A stretch of DNA of 64,000 nt from a bacterium (GTDB lineage: Bacteria > Myxococcota_A > UBA9160 > SZUA-336): NCBI GenBank assembly GCA_041498295.1, contig JBGQIB010000003.1, positions 2,220-66,219 on the forward strand. The letters are read 5' to 3'. A model generated the notes under the pieces. That model was not told the DNA's origin. It ran no database searches and was given only the letters and a program-made list of their open reading frames with translations. The translations under genes were made by a program, and so were the position numbers. Numbering within the stretch: position 1 is the stretch's first letter; each line of letters starts with the position of its first letter. This document shows positions 11,469 to 20,695 of this stretch, piece by piece.

Positions 11469-11672
11469 GTGGACTACGTGCTGAACGGCGAATCTCACTC
11501 GACCCCGGCGCCGCTCACCATTCTCGAGCTGTTGCAGCGCTGCGAGCTGGCGAAGCGCCGCGTCGCGGTCGCGATCAACGCGGTCGTCGTGCCCAAGTCG
11601 CGTTTCGCGCAGGTGCTGATCCGCGACGGCGATAGGGTCGAGGTGATTCAAGCCGTCGGAGGTGGAGCGTGA
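11469..11672 (+). CDS. thiS: thiamine sulfur-carrier protein ThiS
   Basis: About 67 aa, LNGE...[20 protein letters not shown] start inferred. Immediately precedes thiG with a 4-nt overlap. Confidence 0.75.
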   Translation: MDYVLNGESHSTPAPLTILELLQRCELAKRRVAVAINAVVVPKSRFAQVLIRDGDRVEVIQAVGGGA

Positions 11673-12448
11673 ACGCGAGTTACAGGATCGGCGAGCTCGA
11701 GCTGCATTCGCGGCTCATCATCGGCAGCGGGAAGTACAAGTCGTTCGAAGAGAATCGCAAGGCGCTCGACGCGAGCGGCGCGGAGATGATCACGGTCGCG
11801 GTGCGGCGCATCGATCTCGCGTCGCGGGAGCACGGCTCGCTGCTCGATTGGATCCCGCCCGACCAGTTCCACATCCTGCCCAACACAGCGGGGTGTACGA
11901 CCGCGAAGGAAGCGGTCACCACCGCCCAGCTCGCGCGCGAGCTGCTCGACACGAAGCTCGTGAAGCTCGAGGTGATCGGCGATTCGCGCACGCTCTTCCC
12001 GGACACCCCCGCGACGCTCGAAGCCGCGCGCATCCTCGTGGCCGAGGGCTTCACGGTGCTCCCGTACATCAGCGACGACCCGGTCGCGTGCATGCGGCTC
12101 GAGGAGATCGGCTGCGCGGCGGTCATGCCGCTCGGCGCGCCGATCGGCTCCGGTCTCGGCATTCGGAATCCCGCGAACATCCGCATCATCCTAGAGAGCG
12201 TCTCGTGCCCGGTGATCGTCGACGCGGGCGTGGGCACGGCGTCCGACGCTGCGATCGCGATGGAGCTCGGCTGCACGGCGGTGCTCATGAACACGGGGAT
12301 CGCGAGCGCGAAGGACCCACTCAAGATGGCGCACGCGATGAAGCTCGCCATCGAGGCGGGCCGCGCGGCCTACGAGGCGGGGCGCATGCCGCGGCGCTTG
12401 CACGCGCAGGCGTCGAGCCCGGAGACGGGACTCGTCGACCTGTCTTGA
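11669..12448 (+). CDS. thiG: thiazole synthase
   Basis: [10 protein letters not shown]...LPNTAGC...[14 protein letters not shown] is canonical ThiG. Confidence 0.95.
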   Translation: MNASYRIGELELHSRLIIGSGKYKSFEENRKALDASGAEMITVAVRRIDLASREHGSLLDWIPPDQFHILPNTAGCTTAKEAVTTAQLARELLDTKLVKLEVIGDSRTLFPDTPATLEAARILVAEGFTVLPYISDDPVACMRLEEIGCAAVMPLGAPIGSGLGIRNPANIRIILESVSCPVIVDAGVGTASDAAIAMELGCTAVLMNTGIASAKDPLKMAHAMKLAIEAGRAAYEAGRMPRRLHAQASSPETGLVDLS

Positions 12449-13071
12449 TCCCCCGCCTCTGTTACTGGACCGACGGCGAGCGCGGCCGCGCGGGGCGAGA
12501 TCAGGTCGACGTGATCGAACGACTGGCGCGCGGCGGCGTCGAACTCGTCGTGCTGCGCGAGCGCGATTGGTCGGCGAAGGAGTGGAGTGACTGCGCTGCG
12601 CGCTTGGCGAAGCTGCGCGCGGCAGGGCTCCTGGTCCTGGCGAGCCGCCGGCTCGACCTGGCGCGCGCGCTCGAGCTCGACGGCGTGCAGCTCGGCGCGG
12701 AGTCCGTCCCGGTCGCGGAGGCGCGCGCATTCCTCGGTCCCGGGGCGCGAATCGGCTACTCCGCCCACGACCTGGCCGAGGCGCGGCGCGCGGCGGCCGC
12801 CGGCGCGAGCTACGTGACGTTGTCGCCGATCTTCGCGACGTCCTCCAAGCCCGACGCGGAGGCGCGCGGCTGCGCGTGGCTCGCGGCCGCGGTGGCGCAG
12901 CTTTCGATTCCGGTTCTGGCCCTGGGCGGCGTTACGCCGGCGCGCGTGACCGAGGTACGGGCCGCGGGCGCCTGGGGCGTCGTCGCGGTTTCCGCGCTCG
13001 GCGCCGCGCGTGACCCCGAGGCCGCGGCGCGCGAGTTCCGCCGCGCGCTCGCCGATGAGGAAACGACATGA
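12445..13071 (+). CDS. thiE: thiamine-phosphate synthase
   Basis: TTG start overlapping the thiG stop. GVQLG...SAHD...[15 protein letters not shown]...ALGGV TMP-synthase pattern. Confidence 0.85.
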   Translation: MIPRLCYWTDGERGRAGRDQVDVIERLARGGVELVVLRERDWSAKEWSDCAARLAKLRAAGLLVLASRRLDLARALELDGVQLGAESVPVAEARAFLGPGARIGYSAHDLAEARRAAAAGASYVTLSPIFATSSKPDAEARGCAWLAAAVAQLSIPVLALGGVTPARVTEVRAAGAWGVVAVSALGAARDPEAAAREFRRALADEETT

Positions 13072-14435
13072 AGGCCCGCGCCGCGCTCGTGACTCTTTCG
13101 TTCGTTCTCGCCGGCTGCGCGGGCTTGCCGCGCGCGCTCGCGCGCGACGCGCTCGACGAGCTGCAGGCGCGCATCATCGACATCAATCGCCAGGTCTCGC
13201 CGTGCGTCGTGCACATCGAGTCGGCGATTCGCGTGAACGGGCGACGCAACCTGATCGAGGGCTCCGGCTTCGTGATCGATCCCGCGGGCGTCGTGCTCAC
13301 CAACTGGCACGTCGTCGACCGCGCCGAGAAAGTCAGCGTGATCGTGCCTGGGCACGACGGGCGCTACGACGCGGAGATCGTCGGCACGGACAAGCAAACC
13401 GACGTCGCGGTGCTGCGCATCGCGCCGCACGAGGGCGAGAAGGCCTTCACCTCCGCGCGCGTCGGTGACTCCGACAAGGTTCAAGTCGGCGAGTGGGTGA
13501 TTGCGATCGGGAACCCGTACGGGCTCGAGGGCTCGGTCTCGCTCGGGATCGTCTCCGCCAAGGGCCGCGACCTGCGCACCGAGCAGGTCCTGAACGACTT
13601 CATCCAGACGGACGCGATGATCGACCACGGCTCGTCCGGCGGGCCGCTGATCAACCTCAAGGGCGAGGTGATCGGCATCAACTCGCGCGGGCAGGGCCGC
13701 GGCATCGGCTTCACGATCCCGATCGACACCGCAAAGCGCGTGGCGGACGACTTGCTGGACCGCGGCCGCATCGCGCGCGGCTATCTCGGAGTCACTCTGC
13801 AGCCGCTCTCGCGCGAGCTCGCGCAATACTGGGGCCAGGCCAACGTGCACGGCGTGGTGGTGGGCTCGGTCGCCCACGACTCACCCGCGGAGCAGGCGGG
13901 CCTCGCGGTCGGCGACGTGATTTTGAAGTTCGACGGCGAAACGCTGCACGCCGAGAAGGAAGAAGACCTCGGCCAGTTCCAACGGCTCGTCGCGCAGCGC
14001 AGCGCCGGGCGCGAGGTGGCGATCGAGGTGCTGCGCGCCGGCGAGCGCAAGACGCTGCGCGCGTCGCTCGCCACGCAGCCGAAGTTCGTGCCCGACGAAC
14101 AAGAGACACCGCACGGCTTCACCGTCGAGGAAGTCACCGAGACGAGCTTCCGCAGCCAACGCCTTCCGCAGCGCGACGGCGTGCTCGTGTCCTACGTCGA
14201 GAGCGGATCCGAGGCCGACGAAGCGGGCATGGAGCGCGGCGACATGATCGTCGAGCTCGAGAAGGCGCACGTCGCCACGCTCGACGACTTCCGCAAGGCG
14301 ATGGGCGGGCTGCCGACGGACAAGCCCTTTCTGGTGCGCGCGCTGCGCGGCGACGACACGCGCTTCGTCCTGATCGCGCCCCGGGCCGTGACTCGCGCCG
14401 TCGACAAGCCGGCGCCGAGCCCGAGCAGCCGCTAG
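13068..14435 (+). CDS. HtrA/DegP-family serine protease lipoprotein with PDZ domains
   Basis: LAGC lipobox; TNWHVV (His), DVAVLRI (Asp), GSSGGPL (Ser). ATGA overlap with the thiE stop. Confidence 0.9.
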   Translation: MKARAALVTLSFVLAGCAGLPRALARDALDELQARIIDINRQVSPCVVHIESAIRVNGRRNLIEGSGFVIDPAGVVLTNWHVVDRAEKVSVIVPGHDGRYDAEIVGTDKQTDVAVLRIAPHEGEKAFTSARVGDSDKVQVGEWVIAIGNPYGLEGSVSLGIVSAKGRDLRTEQVLNDFIQTDAMIDHGSSGGPLINLKGEVIGINSRGQGRGIGFTIPIDTAKRVADDLLDRGRIARGYLGVTLQPLSRELAQYWGQANVHGVVVGSVAHDSPAEQAGLAVGDVILKFDGETLHAEKEEDLGQFQRLVAQRSAGREVAIEVLRAGERKTLRASLATQPKFVPDEQETPHGFTVEEVTETSFRSQRLPQRDGVLVSYVESGSEADEAGMERGDMIVELEKAHVATLDDFRKAMGGLPTDKPFLVRALRGDDTRFVLIAPRAVTRAVDKPAPSPSSR

Positions 14436-15631
14436 CGCGCGAAGTGCTCCGCGGGCGCCCCCGCCGCGGCGCGCCAGTGGCGCGGCACGCGGCCGAAGCG
14501 CGCGCGGAAGCGCTCGGCGAGCGCGAGCGCGAACGCACTCGCGTGCGCGGCCTCGACCGCGTGGACCGTGCAGCCGCCGAAGCCCGCGCCCGTCATGCGC
14601 GCGCCTGCGCAGCCGGCGAGCCCGCGTGAGTCGGAGACCAGCGCATCGCTCTCCGCGCAGCTCACCGCGTAGTCGTCGCGCAGGCTGGCGTGCGACGCGA
14701 AGAGCGCCTCGCCCGCGGCGCCGAGATCCCGGCGGGCGAGCGCGGCGGCGAACGCGCGCACGCGCTGGTTCTCGGTCACGACGTGGCGGGCTCGCCGCAG
14801 CGCGATCGGATCGAGCGCCCCCTCGAGGGCGACGAGGTCGTCCAGAGACAGCTCGGAGAGCGAAGCGAGCGCTCGCCCGAGCGCGCGCCGCGCAAGTGCG
14901 AGCGCTCGTTCGCACTCCCCGCGCCGCTCTGCGTACGCGCCCGAGCGCAAGCTGCGCTCGACCCCGGTATCGAAGATCCACAGCGCGAGTGAGTCCGGCA
15001 GCGCGACCGGTCGCGCTTCGAGGCTCGCGCAGTCGAGCCAGAGCGCGGCGCCGGCCTGGCTACACAGAACGGTGAAGGGATCCATGATCCCGCACGGCAC
15101 GCCGACGAACTCCACCTCCGCGCGCTGGCACAGACGCGCTAGCTCCGGCCGATCGCCGCGGGCGAGAATGACGCCGGCCGCGCCCAGGAGCGCGAGCGCG
15201 ACCGCGCCCTCGAACGCCGCTGAGCTCGAAAGGCCCGCGCCCTGCGGCAGGTCCGTCTCGACGCAGAGCTCGAAGCCGCGCGCGGGAATTCGCCCCGCGT
15301 CGGCCAACGCTCGAGCCACCCCGCGCGCGTAGTCGAGCCAGTCACTCGCGGGCGGCGCCGCGAGGTCCGCTTCGGACTTGCCCCGCTCGCGCGACAGCCC
15401 GAGCACGCGAGCGTCCGCGCGCGGTCGCAGCGCCACGCGCGTATCCCGGTCGATGGCGACCGGCAACACCAGCCCGCCGTTGTAGTCGGTGTGCTCGCCG
15501 ATCAGGTTCACGCGCCCGGGCGCGCGCGCGACGGCCGCCGGCTCGCCTCCGAACGCGGCCTCGAAGCGCCGCTCTATCCCCGCTCCGCGCTCGTCCAACA
15601 CGCCTCGTTCGCCCTTACCAAATGGCGGCAC
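14432..15631 (-). CDS. galK: galactokinase
   Basis: GRVNLIGEHTDYNGG signature and GHMP kinase motif PQGAGLSSSAA. Confidence 0.9.
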   Translation of the reverse strand: MPPFGKGERGVLDERGAGIERRFEAAFGGEPAAVARAPGRVNLIGEHTDYNGGLVLPVAIDRDTRVALRPRADARVLGLSRERGKSEADLAAPPASDWLDYARGVARALADAGRIPARGFELCVETDLPQGAGLSSSAAFEGAVALALLGAAGVILARGDRPELARLCQRAEVEFVGVPCGIMDPFTVLCSQAGAALWLDCASLEARPVALPDSLALWIFDTGVERSLRSGAYAERRGECERALALARRALGRALASLSELSLDDLVALEGALDPIALRRARHVVTENQRVRAFAAALARRDLGAAGEALFASHASLRDDYAVSCAESDALVSDSRGLAGCAGARMTGAGFGGCTVHAVEAAHASAFALALAERFRARFGRVPRHWRAAAGAPAEHFAR

Positions 15632-15669
15632 GTGGTCTAGCGTCCTAGCCCCATTTTTTCGAGACGTGG

Positions 15670-17055
15670 ATGCACCTGTCCGACAGTCCCTTCTGGCGCC
15701 GCCTGCTGTGCGCGGCGGCGTTCGCGGCCTGTGGGGTCACGCCGTCTCCGGCCGCCGCGGATCGCGAGTCACGGCGCACGCCGGTGGTGGCCGCGGTAGA
15801 GAGCGCCACGCCGGCAACCGTGAATATCACCTCCACACAGGTTGTCGTAGACCAGGCAAATCCCTTCCTGCGCGGCGATCCGATGTTCGACGAGTTCTTC
15901 CGCCGCTTCATGAACCCCCGGGCGAACACCTCGCAGAGCCTGGGCACGGGCGTGATCATCAACAAGGATGGTTTCGTACTCACCAATGAACACGTTCTTG
16001 CCGGCTCTACACAGATTCGCGTCGGCTTGTCGGATGGACGCCAGTTCGACGCGGAGCTCATCGGCGGCGATCCCGCTTCCGACCTCGCGGTCGTGCGCAT
16101 CAAGACGAAGGACCCGCTGCCGACGCCCAAGCTCGGGAACTCCGACGACGTGATGATCGGCGAGAGCGTGATCGCGATCGGCAACCCGTTCGGGCTGAAC
16201 AGCACCGTGACCACGGGCGTCCTCTCCGCGACCAACCGCTCGATCCGCGGCGACGGCCGCGAGTACCACGGCTTCCTGCAGACCGACGCGAGTATCAACC
16301 CCGGCAACTCCGGCGGGCCGCTGCTCAACATGGACGGCGAGGTGATCGGCATCAACACCGCGATCCTCGGCAACGCGCAGGGCATCGGCTTCGCGATCCC
16401 GATCAACCGCGCGCGCCGCATCGTGGACGACCTGATCCGGCACGGCGAAGTCCAGGCGACCTGGCTGGGCCTCTGGCTGCAGGAGCTCACGCCGGCGCTG
16501 CGCGAGGCGATGGGCTCCGAACAGGCCACCGGCGTGCTGGTCTCGAACGTCTTCGACGGCGCGCCCGCGGCCGCCGCCGGCATCCAGCGCGGCGACATCG
16601 TGACCTCGCTCGACAGCGCGCCGGTGCACTCGCGCCGCGAGTTCTACGAGATCGCGCGCGGCATCACCGTCGGCGATCGCGCGAAACTCGCACTCGACCG
16701 CAGCGGCAAGAAGCTGAACTTCGAGGTCGAGGCTGTGCGCTTCCCCGAGGCGCGCGCCGACGAACTTGCGCAAGTCTTGCTCGGGCTCGAGCTCGCGGAC
16801 CGCACGCCGGCGCTCGCGAAGCAATACGGCCTGCGCAGCGAACACGGGCTCGTCGTGCAGCGCGTGGTTCCGCACAGCGCGGCCGAGGATCGCGGTCTGC
16901 GGCCCGGAGACTTGATCCTCCAGCTCGGCCAAGAGCGGGTCGATGATCGAGTGTCTCTGCGCAAGGCGATCCCGCGGATTCTCGGCCAGGACGGAGTCGT
17001 AGTCGTCGTTCAGCGCGGCCGGGCGGTCGGCAGCGTCATGCTCGAGCTCTGGTAA
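15670..17055 (+). CDS. HtrA/DegS-like serine protease with PDZ domain(s)
   Basis: TNEHV, DLAVVRI and GNSGGPLL catalytic-triad contexts. Confidence 0.9.
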   Translation: MHLSDSPFWRRLLCAAAFAACGVTPSPAAADRESRRTPVVAAVESATPATVNITSTQVVVDQANPFLRGDPMFDEFFRRFMNPRANTSQSLGTGVIINKDGFVLTNEHVLAGSTQIRVGLSDGRQFDAELIGGDPASDLAVVRIKTKDPLPTPKLGNSDDVMIGESVIAIGNPFGLNSTVTTGVLSATNRSIRGDGREYHGFLQTDASINPGNSGGPLLNMDGEVIGINTAILGNAQGIGFAIPINRARRIVDDLIRHGEVQATWLGLWLQELTPALREAMGSEQATGVLVSNVFDGAPAAAAGIQRGDIVTSLDSAPVHSRREFYEIARGITVGDRAKLALDRSGKKLNFEVEAVRFPEARADELAQVLLGLELADRTPALAKQYGLRSEHGLVVQRVVPHSAAEDRGLRPGDLILQLGQERVDDRVSLRKAIPRILGQDGVVVVVQRGRAVGSVMLELW

Positions 17056-17088
17056 CCGGCACACCGGCAGAGCAAGGAGAAAGCAAGA

Positions 17089-18564
17089 ATGTTCAAGGCC
17101 TCCCGTCACTACGTATTGTTGGGAAGCGCGGTCGCGCTGCTCGCCCTGGCCGGCGTGTCGCCGGGGATGCGCTCCGCAAGCGCCGGAATCGCGAAGCCGT
17201 TCTGGACCGAAGGCGATCCAGGCGACGCCTCGGGACGACCGGACTCGTTCGCCGACCTCGCCGACAAAGTGTCTCCGGCGGTCGTCAACATCAAAGTCGA
17301 GCGCAAGACCAGCATGAAGGGCGGCCCGGAGGAGCTCTTCGAGGAGTTCTTCGGACAGCGCAAGCCGGGCGAGAAGGGTGAGAAGGGTGAGAAGCACGCG
17401 CCGCCGCACCAGATGCGCGTGCCGTCGACCGGGTCGGGATTCGTCGTCTCGCCCGACGGCCTGATCGTCACGAACAATCACGTCGTCGAGAGCGCCGACA
17501 AAGTCGTCGTGGTCTTCCAGGACGGCACGGAGAAGGAAGCGAAGATCGTCGGCCGCGACCCGAAGACGGACCTCGCGCTGATCAAGGTGGCGGTGGAGAA
17601 GCCGATCGCGATCGTCCCGCTCGGTGACTCGGAGCATCTGCGCGTCGGCAGTTGGGTCATGGCGATCGGGAATCCGTTCGGCCTCGATCACACGGTCACG
17701 GTCGGGATTCTCTCCGCGAAGGGTCGTTCGAACTTCGGCGGCGAGCAGATCGCCGGCCCGTACGACGATTTTCTGCAGACCGACGCGAGCATCAACCCGG
17801 GTAACTCGGGCGGACCGCTGTGCGACATGAAGGGCCGCGTCATCGGCATCAACACGGCGATCGCGGCGAACGGCCAGGGCATCGGCTTCGCGATCCCGAT
17901 CGACATGGTGAAGAGCCTCCTGCCGCAGCTTCTGGAGCACGGCTCGGTGACTCGCGGTTGGCTCGGCGTGCAGATCCAACGAGTCACTCCCGCGCTCGCC
18001 AAGACCTTCAAGCTCGGCGATCAGAAGGGCGCCCTCGTCGGCCAGGTCTTCGACGACAGCCCGGCCTCGAAGGCGAAGCTCGAGCGCGGCGACGTCATCA
18101 CGAAGTTCGACGGCAAGGACATCCGCGACTACGACGACCTGCCGCGCATCGTCGCGAGCACGCCGCCCGGCGCCGCGGTCGACGTCGTGATCCTGCGCGA
18201 CGGCAAGGAGCGGAAGCTCAAGGCGACCCTCGAGAAGATGAAGGAAGAAGAGATCCAGCCCGCCAGCAACGAGCAAACCGACAGTGACTGGGGCTTCGAG
18301 GTGCAGCCGATGAGCGACGAGATCGCGAGTCAGCTCGGCCTCTCGGCCGGCACGAAGGGCGTCGTGGTCGCGAGCGTCGATCCCGAATCCGCCGCGGCGC
18401 GCGCTGGCCTGCGCCGCGGGGACGTGATCCTCGAAGCGAATCGGACCGAGATCAGCTCGCCCAAGCAGCTGAAGGACGCCCTGGGCAAGAGCGCCGACTC
18501 GGCGGTGCTCCTGGTTCAGCGCGGGGACGGAACCTTGTATCTCGCGATCGAGAAGGACAGCTAG
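17089..18564 (+). CDS. Do/DegP/DegQ-family serine protease with two PDZ domains
   Basis: TNNHVV, DLALIKV and GNSGGPL; two PDZ-like segments; signal peptide. Confidence 0.9.
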   Translation: MFKASRHYVLLGSAVALLALAGVSPGMRSASAGIAKPFWTEGDPGDASGRPDSFADLADKVSPAVVNIKVERKTSMKGGPEELFEEFFGQRKPGEKGEKGEKHAPPHQMRVPSTGSGFVVSPDGLIVTNNHVVESADKVVVVFQDGTEKEAKIVGRDPKTDLALIKVAVEKPIAIVPLGDSEHLRVGSWVMAIGNPFGLDHTVTVGILSAKGRSNFGGEQIAGPYDDFLQTDASINPGNSGGPLCDMKGRVIGINTAIAANGQGIGFAIPIDMVKSLLPQLLEHGSVTRGWLGVQIQRVTPALAKTFKLGDQKGALVGQVFDDSPASKAKLERGDVITKFDGKDIRDYDDLPRIVASTPPGAAVDVVILRDGKERKLKATLEKMKEEEIQPASNEQTDSDWGFEVQPMSDEIASQLGLSAGTKGVVVASVDPESAAARAGLRRGDVILEANRTEISSPKQLKDALGKSADSAVLLVQRGDGTLYLAIEKDS

Positions 18565-18612
18565 GACCTAGCGCTCGGTTCCGGCTCCGCTTGCGGCCTA
18601 CGCCGCGGTGCT

Positions 18613-18664
18613 CTCCTCGTGGGTCCCTTCTCGCTCGCGGACTCGCTGCGAAACCCACTCGTCG
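18613..18664. repeat. left copy of a perfect 52-bp inverted repeat
   Basis: CTCCTCGTGGGTCCCTTCTCGCTCGCGGACTCGCTGCGAAACCCACTCGTCG. Its exact reverse complement lies at 20592-20643. Confidence 0.95.
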
Positions 18665-18802
18665 AGCAGCCGCGTCGCGGCCGCTGCGCTCCTCGCCTGC
18701 ACGCGCAGGCTAGTGGTGCGAGTCACTGAGTCGATCGAATCGACCTCGGTGCTCGCGGCAGACGACTCAACCTCTTCCGACGGCGCGAGCCGAAGGAGGC
18801 CC

Positions 18803-19429
18803 TCACTTCGCGTCGACGAGCTGCTCGAGCAGCGGCGCAAGGATCTTGATCAGATCGGCTGGCTCGGCATCGGCCAGGGCGGAGAGGCGAATCATTTGGC
18901 GCATCACCTGGAAGCCCGCGACCAGCGAGAGCACTAGCGCGGCGCGTTGGGGCGCGAGCTCTCCCCGGAGCGCCGCGGTCATCACCCGTTGATGGTGTCT
19001 CTCGATCTGCACTCGTCCGATTTCCGCGGCGCGTTTGCTGGACGCGGAGTGGAGCATGATCAGGAAACCCTCGAGAGGGGTGGCGCTCGTCTTCGTAATA
19101 CTGATGAGCGCAGCGGCGATGTCTTCGCCGCGGGTGGGTGACTCGAGGATCTCCTTGGTCAGGATGCTGGGGGTCGCCATGCTCGCGGCAACGACCTCGG
19201 CGAACAGTTTCTCCTTCGATCCGAAGTAGCGATTGACCAGCATCGCAGTCACTCCCGCCGCGGCCGCGATCTCCCGCACACCGGCGCCGTCGTACCCCGC
19301 CCGCGCGAAGGCCTGCCGCGCCGAGGTGAGAATCGCCTCGCGTGTGGCGGCGGCGTCTCGGCGTCGCGCGGGAGCGGTCTGCTTCGCCGCCTCGGCCCTT
19401 CTAATTCTACGACTGTAGACTTTCCTCAC
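18803..19429 (-). CDS. TetR/AcrR family transcriptional regulator
   Basis: ILTSARQAFARAGYDGAGVREIAAAAGVTAMLVNRYFGSKEKLF is the TetR HTH. GTG start. Confidence 0.9.
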   Translation of the reverse strand: MRKVYSRRIRRAEAAKQTAPARRRDAAATREAILTSARQAFARAGYDGAGVREIAAAAGVTAMLVNRYFGSKEKLFAEVVAASMATPSILTKEILESPTRGEDIAAALISITKTSATPLEGFLIMLHSASSKRAAEIGRVQIERHHQRVMTAALRGELAPQRAALVLSLVAGFQVMRQMIRLSALADAEPADLIKILAPLLEQLVDAK

Positions 19430-19453
19430 GGTTCGAAGTATACAAGTGCAGAC
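19430..19453. promoter_or_regulatory. 24-bp divergent tetR/reductase intergenic region with an AT-rich TATACA box
   Basis: GGTTCGAAGTATACAAGTGCAGAC. TATACA lies about 11 nt upstream of the reductase ATG, with no room for a Shine-Dalgarno leader. Confidence 0.3.
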
Positions 19454-20476
19454 ATGAAGACGCCCGACAGAGAGACCGTGCTCGTTACCGGCGGAACTGG
19501 ATTCATCGCCAGTTGGTGCATCGTCGAGCTTCTGAAGCGTGGGTACACGGTCCGCACCACCGTACGCAGTCTCTCGAGAGAGCCCGCCGTGCGAGCGGCC
19601 ATCGCATCCGCCACTGACTCAGGCGATCTCCTGACATTCTTCGCGGCCGACCTGACCCAGGACGAGGGCTGGGACGCCGCCATGGCGGGTTGTGACTACG
19701 TCCTTCACGTCGCCTCACCGCTGGGGGGCGGTGGATCTCGGGATCCGAATGCACTGCTCGCCCCCGCGCGTGACGGCACGCTGCGCGTCCTCCGCGCTGC
19801 GACGAAGGCGGGGGTCAAGCGCGTGGTGATGACTTCAGCGGCGGCCACGGCCAGACCGCGGCAAGGCTCGGACATCGTCAGCGACGAGAGTGTCTGGGCG
19901 GACCCGACCGATCCGCAGTTCGACCCCTATCGGCAGTCGAAGATACTCGCGGAGCGTGCGGCCTGGGACTTCATGGCAGGAAGCACCGGACTGACCACGT
20001 TTGCGACCGTCCTTCCCGGTGCGGTGTTCGGCCCCGTGCTGACGAAGGAGAAGCTCGGTTCGGTTCGTATCGTCCAGGGCTTGCTGGAGGGTCGACCCGC
20101 CGGCATTCCCCGCCTCGGATTCTTCGTCGTCGACGTGCGCGATCTGGCTGAGTTACACGTGCGCGCCATGATCTCGGCCGAGGCCGCCGGACAGCGCTTC
20201 CTTGCAACCGGTGACTTCATGTGGATGAAGGACATTGCAAGCACGCTGCGAGCGAGACTGGGCGAGCGAGCCAGCAAGGTACCGACCCGCGGCCTACCGG
20301 ACTTCGTCGTCCGATTCCTGTCGTTGTTCATTCCGCAGATGAGGATGCTCACGCGGGACCTCGGGCGCAGAAATGACGTCACGTCCGAGAAGGCGCGGCG
20401 CGTGCTCGGCTTCTCGCCGCGCCCCGCGACGACGACGGTGGTCGACTGCGCGGAGAGCCTGGTCGGCGGGAATTAG
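19454..20476 (+). CDS. NAD(P)-dependent epimerase/dehydratase-family reductase (extended SDR)
   Basis: VLVTGGTGFIASW Rossmann motif and YxxxK (YRQSK). Confidence 0.85.
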   Translation: MKTPDRETVLVTGGTGFIASWCIVELLKRGYTVRTTVRSLSREPAVRAAIASATDSGDLLTFFAADLTQDEGWDAAMAGCDYVLHVASPLGGGGSRDPNALLAPARDGTLRVLRAATKAGVKRVVMTSAAATARPRQGSDIVSDESVWADPTDPQFDPYRQSKILAERAAWDFMAGSTGLTTFATVLPGAVFGPVLTKEKLGSVRIVQGLLEGRPAGIPRLGFFVVDVRDLAELHVRAMISAEAAGQRFLATGDFMWMKDIASTLRARLGERASKVPTRGLPDFVVRFLSLFIPQMRMLTRDLGRRNDVTSEKARRVLGFSPRPATTTVVDCAESLVGGN

Positions 20477-20591
20477 TGAGAACGCCTCGCAGCGCCAGCG
20501 AGTGAGAGGTGCGAGCTACCGAGGCCTGTGAGTCCGCCTCGACGCTCGCACAAGACTGCTGACGTTCGCGCGCAGGGCGTACGCGCGGCCG

Positions 20592-20643
20592 CGACGAGTG
20601 GGTTTCGCAGCGAGTCCGCGAGCGAGAAGGGACCCACGAGGAG
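20592..20643. repeat. right copy of the perfect 52-bp inverted repeat
   Basis: CGACGAGTGGGTTTCGCAGCGAGTCCGCGAGCGAGAAGGGACCCACGAGGAG, the reverse complement of 18613-18664. Confidence 0.95.
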
Positions 20644-20695
20644 CGACCGCGCGCACGCCCTACGCGCACCGACGATGCTCGTGCGTCGGGCGCTC

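Noticed and set aside
17371-17397. 9-bp tandem repeat GAGAAGGGT x3.
   Set aside because: In-frame Gly-Glu-Lys low-complexity linker inside the DegP-like protease. There is no evidence of any other role.
15769-18276. 835-aa minus-strand ORF overlapping two HtrA genes. Similar long ORFs occur at 1498-3162, 8865-10568, 23468-25351, 33707-34567 and 60982-62109.
   Set aside because: Arg/Ala/Pro/Gly-rich low-complexity translations lying antisense or out of frame to clearly recognisable genes. These are the shadow ORFs expected in about 70% G+C DNA.
20669-20689. Hairpin CCGACG-N9-CGTCGG downstream of the acyl-CoA dehydrogenase gene, considered as a terminator.
   Set aside because: Only a 6-bp stem and no U-tract on the transcribed strand. 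It is too weak to call.
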